Positions 56,286-64,000 of a stretch of 64,000 nucleotides of DNA are shown here, one piece after another. The stretch is from NCBI GenBank assembly GCA_902552475.1, contig CACDJC010000003.1, positions 8,957 to 72,956 of the forward strand, given 5' to 3'. The first letter of the stretch is position 1, and each line of letters begins with the position of its first letter. A model generated the notes under the pieces. That model was not told the DNA's origin. It worked only from the letters and a program-made list of their open reading frames with translations, and did not search any database. Both the position numbers and the translations under genes were made by a program. The stretch is from an uncultured Pelagibacteraceae bacterium (GTDB taxonomy: Bacteria > Pseudomonadota > Alphaproteobacteria > Pelagibacterales > Pelagibacteraceae).

Positions 56286-57596
56286 ATGCTCAATATAAAA
56301 AAAATTTTTGAAAAAATTGCTGACGCAGGTCAAAAAATTCTAGAGAATAAAAATTTAAAAAGATCTAAAAAAAAAAATTTAATTGATTTATGCGATGAAC
56401 TGCTTTCAAGCAAAGGAGCGGCATTTGGAATAACCTTGGCAAGAGATATTTTGCTGAGATATAATAACATTTCTTTTGAAGATAAAGAAAAGTTTTTAAA
56501 ACAAGTTAACGAAAAATACAAACCCGATGTAAGTGAAATTGAAAATTCTATAGATAATTTTAATAAATCTAAAGATGATTTGTCTATCTTAAATCTCTCC
56601 AAAACAGTTCTTGGCAAAAGAAAAGAATTATTTATCAGGTTAAATATGGCACCCAATGGAACTTCAGAAATAGTTTCTTTAAGAGAAGATTTATTAAAAA
56701 TTTTAAAAAAAAATCCAGATTTAAAATCTTTAGATTATGATTTAATAGATATTTTTAAAAATTGGTTTAATCCAGGTTTTTTAAAATTAAAAAAGATTAC
56801 TTGGAATACTAAGGCTGCAGTCTTAGAAAAAATTTTAAAAAATGAAAAAGTTCATTCAATGAAAGACATGAACGAGTTAAAAAGAAGGTTAGGTGAGGAT
56901 AGAAGATTTTTTGCATATTTTCATCCCGCTCTTGAAGATGAACCTTTGATTTTTGTTGAAATTGCATTAACAAAAGGACTTGGTAAGTCAATACAGGAAT
57001 TAACTAGACCTTCAAATGAAAAAATCAAAGACTTTGATACAGCAACTTTTTATTCTATAAGTAACTGTCAAGAAGGTTTGTCAAGAGTAACTCTAGGCAA
57101 TTTTTTAATTAAACGTGTTGTATATGAACTCCAAGAAGAGTTTGCAAATATAAAGTATTTTGGAACATTATCTCCAATGCAAGGTTTTGCTGATTGGTTT
57201 AAAAACCTTGAAAACAATAAAATTAGTGAAATTCTTGGCGAACTAAATAAAAATATTTTAGATTTTTTAAAATCACCTGACTTAAAAATTGGAGATAAAA
57301 GAATAGTTGATAATAAAGAGTCTATTTGTAGAATTGCTCTTTACTATCTAACAATAGTTAAAAATGAATTAGGTTTTCCACTAAATGATGTATGTAGATT
57401 TCATTTAAAGAATGGCGCAGAAATAGACGATATAGTTATTAATGGAAATGTATCTGAAATAGGGTTTAAAAGATCTTTTGGTGTAATGGTTAATTATAAT
57501 TATGAGCTAAAGAATATAGAGCAAAATCATCAAGAATACGTTAATGATAAAAAAGTGAATATATCTAGAAAAATTAAAAAATATGTCAAAAATTAA
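56286..57596 (+). CDS. Malonyl-CoA decarboxylase
   Basis: RLNMAPNGT, WFNPGFL, DRRFFAYFHP..EPLIFVE, FYSISN.Q.GL, GNFLIKRV, TLSP, FHLKNGA, GVMVNY. Confidence 0.9.
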   Translation: MLNIKKIFEKIADAGQKILENKNLKRSKKKNLIDLCDELLSSKGAAFGITLARDILLRYNNISFEDKEKFLKQVNEKYKPDVSEIENSIDNFNKSKDDLSILNLSKTVLGKRKELFIRLNMAPNGTSEIVSLREDLLKILKKNPDLKSLDYDLIDIFKNWFNPGFLKLKKITWNTKAAVLEKILKNEKVHSMKDMNELKRRLGEDRRFFAYFHPALEDEPLIFVEIALTKGLGKSIQELTRPSNEKIKDFDTATFYSISNCQEGLSRVTLGNFLIKRVVYELQEEFANIKYFGTLSPMQGFADWFKNLENNKISEILGELNKNILDFLKSPDLKIGDKRIVDNKESICRIALYYLTIVKNELGFPLNDVCRFHLKNGAEIDDIVINGNVSEIGFKRSFGVMVNYNYELKNIEQNHQEYVNDKKVNISRKIKKYVKN

Positions 57597-58584
57597 TAGA
57601 TTAGTTTCAGTCGCACCAATGATGGATTGCACAGATAGACACGAAAGGTTTTTTCTTAGATTAATAAGTAAAAACGTTCTTCTGTACACCGAAATGATAG
57701 TTTCAGAAGCTATTGATAGAGGTGATAAAAAAAAATTACTTTCGTTTAATACAGATGAAAAACCAGTAGCACTACAATTAGGAGGCTCGACCCCAAAATT
57801 ATTAGGAAAAGCAGCCAAAATAGGTGAAGAATTTGGGTATGATGAAATTAATCTTAATTTAGGATGTCCGAGCAAGAAAGTCCAAAAGAATAGATTTGGA
57901 GCATGTTTAATAAAAGAACCTAATTTAGTTGCTGACTGTTTAACTGATATGAGGGCCGCAACATCTTTGCCAGTGACAGTAAAAACAAGAATTGGTTACG
58001 ACAATGTAGAAGATTACGAAAATTTATTCAATTTTATTAATACTTTAAAAAAAACTGGCGTTAAAACATTTATAATTCATGCCAGAAAAGCAATGCTAGG
58101 AAAATTTACACCTAAGCAAAATTTAAATATTCCACCATTAAAATATGAAAGAGTTTATAAACTTAAAGAAGATTTTAAAGACTTGGAAATTATTATAAAT
58201 GGAGGAATTACTTCAACAGATCAAATTAAAAATCATTTATCAAAAGTTGATGGAGTTATGATTGGTAGATCTATTTATCATTCTCCATATTTGCTAGCAG
58301 ATATTGAAAAAGAAATTTTTCATAATGATGAAATAAAATCAAGAGAAGAAGTTTTGGAATTATTGATACCTTATGTAAAAAAAGAAATTAAAAACGGAAC
58401 TAGAATAAATCAAATTATGAGACATACCTTAGGTTTATACCATGGTATAACAGGTTCAAGTTTCTGGAAAAAATATCTAAGTCAAAATTTGTGTGTTAGA
58501 GATGCGGATGTTAAAAAAATTGATCACATCATGGATAAAGTAAAACTTTCTCCTCAATTACAATCAGCTGGTCAAATTGATTAG
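57583..58584 (+). CDS. dusA: tRNA-dihydrouridine synthase A
   Basis: VAPMMDCTDRH, PVALQLGGS, NLNLGCPS, FGACL, HARKA, NGGI. Confidence 0.93.
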   Translation: MSKINRLVSVAPMMDCTDRHERFFLRLISKNVLLYTEMIVSEAIDRGDKKKLLSFNTDEKPVALQLGGSTPKLLGKAAKIGEEFGYDEINLNLGCPSKKVQKNRFGACLIKEPNLVADCLTDMRAATSLPVTVKTRIGYDNVEDYENLFNFINTLKKTGVKTFIIHARKAMLGKFTPKQNLNIPPLKYERVYKLKEDFKDLEIIINGGITSTDQIKNHLSKVDGVMIGRSIYHSPYLLADIEKEIFHNDEIKSREEVLELLIPYVKKEIKNGTRINQIMRHTLGLYHGITGSSFWKKYLSQNLCVRDADVKKIDHIMDKVKLSPQLQSAGQID

Positions 58585-59407
58585 TCTAATATTATCAAAT
58601 CAATATTATTTATTAATTATATTGATGATACTCACAGCTTTCCCAGTGGGTTTTTTTGCAGGATATTTTGGAATAGGTGGAGGATTAATTTCAGTTCCAG
58701 TTTTATTTTTTATATTTGAAACAGTTAATGTTGATAAATCTTATCTAATGCATTTATCCGTTGGTACAGCTTTTTCAATTACAATATTTACATCATTTGT
58801 TTCTGTTATGACTCATAAAAAACATAAAGCTGTAGATATCAATATTTTAAAAACTTATGGATTATTTGTAATTTTAGGTGTGTTGCTTGGTACCTATATG
58901 GCTGCACTTTTAGATACCAAGTCCTTAGTTTTATTTTTTTCAGTAGTTGTATACTTTTTTGGAGGATATTTATTATTAGTTAGACAAAAATTAAAAAAAA
59001 ACAAAAGTTTTAATTTTTTTCCAAGAGCACTATTTGGTTTTCTTTCTGGCTTTATATCTGCACCAATGGGAATAACTGGAGCAATGATGAATGTTCCAAT
59101 TTTAAGATACTTTGGATATCCAATTGGTAGAGCAATCGGAAGTTCTGCTGCTATTGGGTTTGTAATTGCATCAATTGGATCAATTGGCTTTTTAATCTCC
59201 GGATTTTTATTAAATGCAAATCTTCCAATGAGTATTGGTTTTGTCAATGTTCCAGCTTTTTTAATATTTATCCCCATTACTTCGTTTATGGCGCGTATTG
59301 GGGCTAATATGGTTCATAATACAGACAAAAATAAAACTCAAAGAATGTTTGGAGTATTTTTATATGTAATTGGAACTATTTTTTTATTAAGATTTTTAGA
59401 CCTTTGA
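58577..59407 (+). CDS. TauE/SafE family membrane protein
   Basis: AGYFGIGGG..VP repeat, GITG..NVP, AIGSSAA. Confidence 0.82.
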   Translation: MISLILSNQYYLLIILMILTAFPVGFFAGYFGIGGGLISVPVLFFIFETVNVDKSYLMHLSVGTAFSITIFTSFVSVMTHKKHKAVDINILKTYGLFVILGVLLGTYMAALLDTKSLVLFFSVVVYFFGGYLLLVRQKLKKNKSFNFFPRALFGFLSGFISAPMGITGAMMNVPILRYFGYPIGRAIGSSAAIGFVIASIGSIGFLISGFLLNANLPMSIGFVNVPAFLIFIPITSFMARIGANMVHNTDKNKTQRMFGVFLYVIGTIFLLRFLDL

Positions 59408-60862
59408 TTATATTTTTTGGTCGTATTCTCCTATTTTTCCAGTTTTTTGAAGAAGTTCGTCAATAAATTCAAATATCTTCCTCTTTCTTTCATTTGATGT
59501 AGGACTTTCAGTTACAACAACCAAAGATGGTTTATTTGATGAAGCTCTTATCAAACCCCAAGAACCGTCAAAAAATGAAAATCTCACTCCATTAACGGTT
59601 AATATTTCATTAATCTCTTGTCCATCAACTTTTATTTTATTTTTTTTAATTTCTTCAAATTTAGTTATTAGATTTTCAACAACATTATATTTTTCATGAT
59701 CTTTGCAAAAGGGGGACATCGTTGGTGATTGATAAGTAATTGGTAATTCTGAAATTATTTCACTAATTTTTTTATTACTATTATTTAGTAAATGACAAAC
59801 TTGTATTGCAGAATTAATTCCATCATCGTAACCGTATCCCAAAGGTTTATTAAAGAAAAAATGCCCACTTTTTTCAAAACCCGCTAAAGCATTTTCCTCT
59901 TTTACTTTTCTTTTAATATGAGAATGACCTGTTTTCCAATATATTGTTTTACAATTATTTTCCAAAAGAATTTTATCTTTTAAAAAAAGTCCTGTTGATT
60001 TTACATCAACAATAAAATTTGAACCTTTGTGTTTTTTAGATAAGTTTCTTGCAATAAGTAAACCTATTTTATCTGAAAAGATCTCATTTCCATTATTATC
60101 AATAACTCCCAATCTATCTCCATCTCCATCGAAACCAAAACCAATATCAGCATTATTATTTTTTACTACTTTGCTAATTTCATTAAGCATCTTTAAATCT
60201 TCAGGATTAGGATTATACTTTGGAAATGTGTAGTCTAAGTTACAATCAAGCTCGATTACTTCACATCCAATACCTCTTAATATATCTGGTGCAAATATTC
60301 CAGCAGTTCCATTTCCGCAAGCAACAACTACTTTAATTTTCTTTTCTATTTTATTTTTATAAATAAGATTTTTTTTATACTCATTTTGAAAATCCTCAAT
60401 TTTTTTTTCTTTTCCTTCACCAATTTTAAATTTTTTATTAAGAGTAATATCTTTTAGTTCTCTCATTTCATCAGGACCATGTGTTAAACCTTTTTTGATA
60501 CCCATTTTTACTCCAGTCCAACCATTTTCATTGTGACTGGCTGTTACCATTGCAACACCATCACTATTTAAATTGAATTGAGCAAAATAAACCATTGGTG
60601 AGAGTGCAAGACCCACATCCTCAACTATACATCCTGTAGAAATTAATCCTTTTTTTAATGCTGATTTTATATCTTCGCTGTAAGATCTATAGTCATGTCC
60701 AACTACAACTCTAGGATTATTTTTTTTAGTATGTGCTATTATCTGTGTTCCTAATCCTCTTCCTAAATTTTGAATTCCTTCTAAATTTACGTTTTCAGGG
60801 TACAACCATCGCGCGTCATATTCTCTAAAACCAAATTCATCTATTTTTAAAGATTTTTCCAT
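59408..60862 (-). CDS. Phosphomannomutase/phosphoglucomutase
   Basis: Start reassigned to ATG 60862 (MEKSLK); FREYDAR, TASHN, DGDGDR, GFEKSGH, RASSNKP. Confidence 0.93.
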   Translation of the reverse strand: MEKSLKIDEFGFREYDARWLYPENVNLEGIQNLGRGLGTQIIAHTKKNNPRVVVGHDYRSYSEDIKSALKKGLISTGCIVEDVGLALSPMVYFAQFNLNSDGVAMVTASHNENGWTGVKMGIKKGLTHGPDEMRELKDITLNKKFKIGEGKEKKIEDFQNEYKKNLIYKNKIEKKIKVVVACGNGTAGIFAPDILRGIGCEVIELDCNLDYTFPKYNPNPEDLKMLNEISKVVKNNNADIGFGFDGDGDRLGVIDNNGNEIFSDKIGLLIARNLSKKHKGSNFIVDVKSTGLFLKDKILLENNCKTIYWKTGHSHIKRKVKEENALAGFEKSGHFFFNKPLGYGYDDGINSAIQVCHLLNNSNKKISEIISELPITYQSPTMSPFCKDHEKYNVVENLITKFEEIKKNKIKVDGQEINEILTVNGVRFSFFDGSWGLIRASSNKPSLVVVTESPTSNERKRKIFEFIDELLQKTGKIGEYDQKI

Positions 60863-60912
60863 GTGAATATATGTACATTTTTTTTGTTTTTTTATTGATA
60901 AATTTTTATTAT

Positions 60913-60927
60913 GTTCTATAAATGTTC
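60913..60927. promoter_or_regulatory. Alphaproteobacterial LexA (SOS) box
   Basis: GTTC-TATAAAT-GTTC, an exact GTTC-N7-GTTC, in the intergenic region upstream of nrdA. Confidence 0.65.
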
Positions 60928-60967
60928 TCTTGATTTGTTGTTTATATAGTATAGAAAGCAGATCTAC

Positions 60968-60983
60968 ATACAACATCTAGTTG
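60968..60983. promoter_or_regulatory. NrdR box
   Basis: ataCAACATCTAGttg fits acaCwAtATaTwGtgt; a degenerate second copy lies 31 bp upstream (60937-60952); upstream of nrdA. Confidence 0.8.
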
Positions 60984-61020
60984 TTTTACAAAATTAAGAA
61001 AGTTAACAAAAGGGAGTTAA

Positions 61021-62958
61021 ATGAATAAGATTTTATCTCAAGCAATAAGGAAAGCTGTCTCTGATTTTTCACCTAAAATCAATCAAGATACAAAAGATAA
61101 AAGACTAGACCTGTTTTCTCTTAATAGTGAAACTGAATTATTTCAAAATTCAAAAGGCATAACAATCAAAATTGACAGAAGTAGAGATACAAATTTAACT
61201 GACTTTGGTAAAGCTACTTTGACTGATAGATATTTAGGGGCTAACGAGTCTTTTCAAGATCTATTTGCGAGAGTTGCTAGTCACTATGCAGATAATAATT
61301 TACATGCTCAAAGGTTATATAATTATATAAGTAATTTATGGTTTATGCCAGCTACTCCAGTTTTATCTAATGGAGGAACCACAAGAGGCTTGCCAATATC
61401 TTGTTTTTTAAATGAAGCAAGTGATAGTTTAAATGGAATTTTAGATTTATGGAGTGAGAACGTTTGGCTAGCAGCAAGAGGAGGTGGCATAGGAAGTTAT
61501 TGGGGCAATCTAAGATCTATTGGTGAAAAAATTGGAAGAGTAGGAAAAACATCTGGAATAATTCCATTTATAAAAGTTATGGACTCTTTAACAATGGCTA
61601 TAAGCCAAGGGTCTTTAAGAAGAGGATCTGCTGCTTGTTATATTCCAATTGATCATCCTGAAATTGAAGAATTTATTGAAATGAGAAGACCAACTGGTGG
61701 CGATCCAAATAGAAAATCATTAAATTTACATCATGGAGTTTTGGTTTCGGATGCTTTTATGAGAGCAGTTGAAATGGATGAGCAATGGGCATTAAAAAGT
61801 CCTAAAGATAAAGCTGTCCAATCAACAGTTTCTGCAAGAAATTTGTGGATTAGGTTGCTTACTGCGAGAATTGAAACTGGAGAACCTTATATTATTTTTA
61901 TAGATACTGTTAATAGACAAATACCTCAACATCACAAATTAGCAGGTTTAACTGTTAAAACTTCAAATTTATGTAGTGAAATTACTTTACCAACAGGAAT
62001 TGATAAAGAAGGTAGAGATAGAACTGCAGTTTGCTGCCTATCATCTTTGAATATTGAGAAATATGATGAGTGGAAAGATGATGAAAATTTTATAGGTGAT
62101 GTTATGAGATTTTTAGATAACGTTTTAACTGATTTTATTGAAAATGCACCAGAACAATTTAGCGATGCTACATATTCTGCGTTAAGAGAAAGAAGTGTGG
62201 GGCTTGGAGTTATGGGACTTCATTCTTATTTCCAAAAGAAGATGATCCCAATAGAATCAGTCATGAGTAAAGTTTGGAACAAAAAAATGTTCGAACATAT
62301 TCAAAAAAATGTTGATAAAGCATCAAAAGACCTTGCCGAGGAAAGAGGTGCATGTCCAGACGCTGAAGAGTACGGCATTAAAGAGAGATTTTCTAATAAA
62401 ACCGCAATAGCCCCAACTGCATCAATTTCTATAATATGTGGAGGAACCTCACCAGGAGTAGAACCTATTGCTGCTAACAGCTATACTCACAAAACTTTAT
62501 CTGGTTCATTTAATGTAAGAAACAAATATCTAGCTAAATTATTAGAAAAGCATAACAAAAATAATGACGAAATATGGTCAAGTATAACAACAAATCAAGG
62601 TTCGGTATCACACTTAGATTTTTTAACTCAAGAAGAAAAAGATGTTTTCAAAACAGCTTTTGAATTAGATCAAAGATGGCTTGTAGATTTAAGTGCAGAT
62701 AGAACACCTCACATTTCACAAGCTCAATCCATAAATTTATTTTTACCTGCTGATGTGCACAAAAAAGATTTACATCAAATACATTTTCAAGCTTGGAAAA
62801 AAGGTTTAAAGAGCCTTTATTATTGCAGATCTAAATCAATACAACGAGCTGAAAATGTTAATGATGCAAATTCAACTGACATTACAGCCAATGTTTACAA
62901 ATCAAACAAACAAACAAATGAACAACCAGATTATGAGGAGTGTCTTTCATGTCAGTAG
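61021..62958 (+). CDS. nrdA: Class Ia ribonucleotide reductase alpha subunit (no obvious ATP cone)
   Basis: PATPVLSN, PISCFL, SNLCSEI, AIAPTASIS, KSLYYCR, C-terminal CLSCQ; SD AGGGAG. Confidence 0.96.
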   Translation: MNKILSQAIRKAVSDFSPKINQDTKDKRLDLFSLNSETELFQNSKGITIKIDRSRDTNLTDFGKATLTDRYLGANESFQDLFARVASHYADNNLHAQRLYNYISNLWFMPATPVLSNGGTTRGLPISCFLNEASDSLNGILDLWSENVWLAARGGGIGSYWGNLRSIGEKIGRVGKTSGIIPFIKVMDSLTMAISQGSLRRGSAACYIPIDHPEIEEFIEMRRPTGGDPNRKSLNLHHGVLVSDAFMRAVEMDEQWALKSPKDKAVQSTVSARNLWIRLLTARIETGEPYIIFIDTVNRQIPQHHKLAGLTVKTSNLCSEITLPTGIDKEGRDRTAVCCLSSLNIEKYDEWKDDENFIGDVMRFLDNVLTDFIENAPEQFSDATYSALRERSVGLGVMGLHSYFQKKMIPIESVMSKVWNKKMFEHIQKNVDKASKDLAEERGACPDAEEYGIKERFSNKTAIAPTASISIICGGTSPGVEPIAANSYTHKTLSGSFNVRNKYLAKLLEKHNKNNDEIWSSITTNQGSVSHLDFLTQEEKDVFKTAFELDQRWLVDLSADRTPHISQAQSINLFLPADVHKKDLHQIHFQAWKKGLKSLYYCRSKSIQRAENVNDANSTDITANVYKSNKQTNEQPDYEECLSCQ

Positions 62959-63956
62959 CAAATAAAGTTAAGCCAAAAATAATTGAGCCAAAAAAAAAGG
63001 GTTTGTTAGTAGAAAATCCTGTTTACAAACCATTTAGATATCCTTGGTGTTACGATGCTTGGTTAACTCAACAAAGAATTCATTGGTTACCTGAAGAAGT
63101 TCCATTAGGTGATGATGTGAGAGATTGGCAAAAAAATTTATCACAAGGAGAAAAAAATCTATTAACTCAAATTTTTAGATTTTTTACACAGGCTGATGTT
63201 GAAGTAAACAATTGCTATCTAAGACATTACACAACAGTATTTAAACCAACTGAAGTTTTAATGATGATGACTGCATTTGCATCGATGGAGACAGTACATA
63301 TAGCGGCTTATTCACATTTACTTGACACTATTGGCATGCCTGAGTCCGAGTACTCTGCATTTATGAAATATAAAGAAATGAAAGATAAGTATGATTACAT
63401 GCAAAACTTTAATGTTAATTCGAAAGAAGATATAGCTAAAACAGTTGCTGTTTTCAGTGCTTTCACTGAAGGTTTGCAATTATTTGCGAGTTTTGCAATT
63501 TTGTTAAATTTTCCAAGACATAATAAAATGAAAGGAATGGGACAAATAGTTACTTGGTCTGTTAGAGATGAAACATTGCATTGCAATTCAATGATAAGAC
63601 TTTTCAAAGAATTTATTAAAGAAAATCCTCAAATCTGGACACCACAACTTAAAAAGGAACTTTATGAAGCTTGTCGTATAATTGTTCATCATGAGGATGC
63701 TTTTATTGATTTGGCATTTGAAATGGGACCAATGGAAGGTTTAACTGCGCAAGAAGTAAAAGATTATATTAGATTTATCGGTAATAGAAGACTTTCTCAG
63801 TTGGGATTAGAGCCAATTTACAAAGTTGATAAGAACCCATTAACATGGCTTGATACTATGTTAAATGCTGTCGAGCATATGAACTTTTTTGAGGGTAGAG
63901 CTACCGAATATTCAAAAGCATCAACCAGAGGATCTTGGACCGAAGCTTTTAGCTAA
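62949..63956 (+). CDS. nrdB: Class Ia ribonucleotide reductase beta subunit
   Basis: Start reassigned to ATG 62949 (SD GAGGAG 8 nt upstream); HWLPEEV, FFTQAD, ETVHIAAY, EGLQLF, RDETLH, NFFE..ATEY. Confidence 0.96.
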   Translation: MSVANKVKPKIIEPKKKGLLVENPVYKPFRYPWCYDAWLTQQRIHWLPEEVPLGDDVRDWQKNLSQGEKNLLTQIFRFFTQADVEVNNCYLRHYTTVFKPTEVLMMMTAFASMETVHIAAYSHLLDTIGMPESEYSAFMKYKEMKDKYDYMQNFNVNSKEDIAKTVAVFSAFTEGLQLFASFAILLNFPRHNKMKGMGQIVTWSVRDETLHCNSMIRLFKEFIKENPQIWTPQLKKELYEACRIIVHHEDAFIDLAFEMGPMEGLTAQEVKDYIRFIGNRRLSQLGLEPIYKVDKNPLTWLDTMLNAVEHMNFFEGRATEYSKASTRGSWTEAFS

Positions 63957-63960
63957 TATT

Positions 63961-63999
63961 TTAATCATCTTTGATTAAGTAGCATAACTTTTCTATGCT
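63961..63999 (+). terminator. Possible terminator hairpins after nrdB (cut by window end)
   Basis: TTAATCA-tctt-TGATTAA and AGCATA-acttttc-TATGCT. Confidence 0.35.
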
Positions 64000-64000
64000 C

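Noticed and set aside
56346-56380. Long poly-A runs (here and elsewhere) as phase-variation sites or frameshifts
   Set aside because: Reading frames remain intact, and such runs are expected from Lys codons in AT-rich DNA.
383-63607. Numerous 60-127 aa ORFs in the track lying antisense to or out of frame within long genes (e.g. 383-565, 6032-6346, 14292-14672, 21511-21870, 58894-59277)
   Set aside because: They overlap well-supported conserved genes and have no recognisable motifs; treated as shadow ORFs.
61021-63956. nrdAB, speD or 2OG oxygenases as phage auxiliary genes
   Set aside because: They sit among cellular housekeeping genes, with no phage structural, replication or integration genes nearby.
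1-64000. CRISPR arrays, IS elements, defence systems, rRNA
   Set aside because: No regularly spaced repeats, transposases, nucleases/methylases or rRNA-like sequence seen; nearly all bases are accounted for by CDSs.

Overview
Very AT-rich, streamlined alphaproteobacterial chromosome segment with almost no intergenic space. Gene content (etfBA/ETF-QO, Fe(III) ABC transporter, SpeD-SpeE fusion, TRAP/ABC transporters, rpoZ, dusA, nrdAB) is most consistent with a SAR11/Pelagibacterales genome; this is an inference. It holds about 62 CDSs and one tRNA-Met(CAT). I saw no integrase, transposase, prophage gene or CRISPR array. Housekeeping stretches are interrupted by two probable accessory catabolic blocks (about 15-23 kb and 27-40 kb). 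Best candidates for undescribed biology: (1) a trpB2-DUF1015 pair in which DUF1015 has SerK/SbnI-like serine-kinase motifs and could supply O-phosphoserine to TrpB2; (2) an apt-mtnP-mtnA ... aldolase/SDR-fusion <> speDE neighbourhood suggesting a fused 'DHAP-shunt' MTA/5'-deoxyadenosine salvage route; (3) an aromatic meta-cleavage cluster lacking the canonical lower pathway but carrying FAH and BKACE enzymes; (4) a YfdE-like CoA-transferase divergent from malonyl-CoA decarboxylase; (5) two small ORFs missed by the ORF track; (6) Fur, LexA and NrdR boxes read directly from the sequence. All family calls come from motif recognition by eye; no searches were run.
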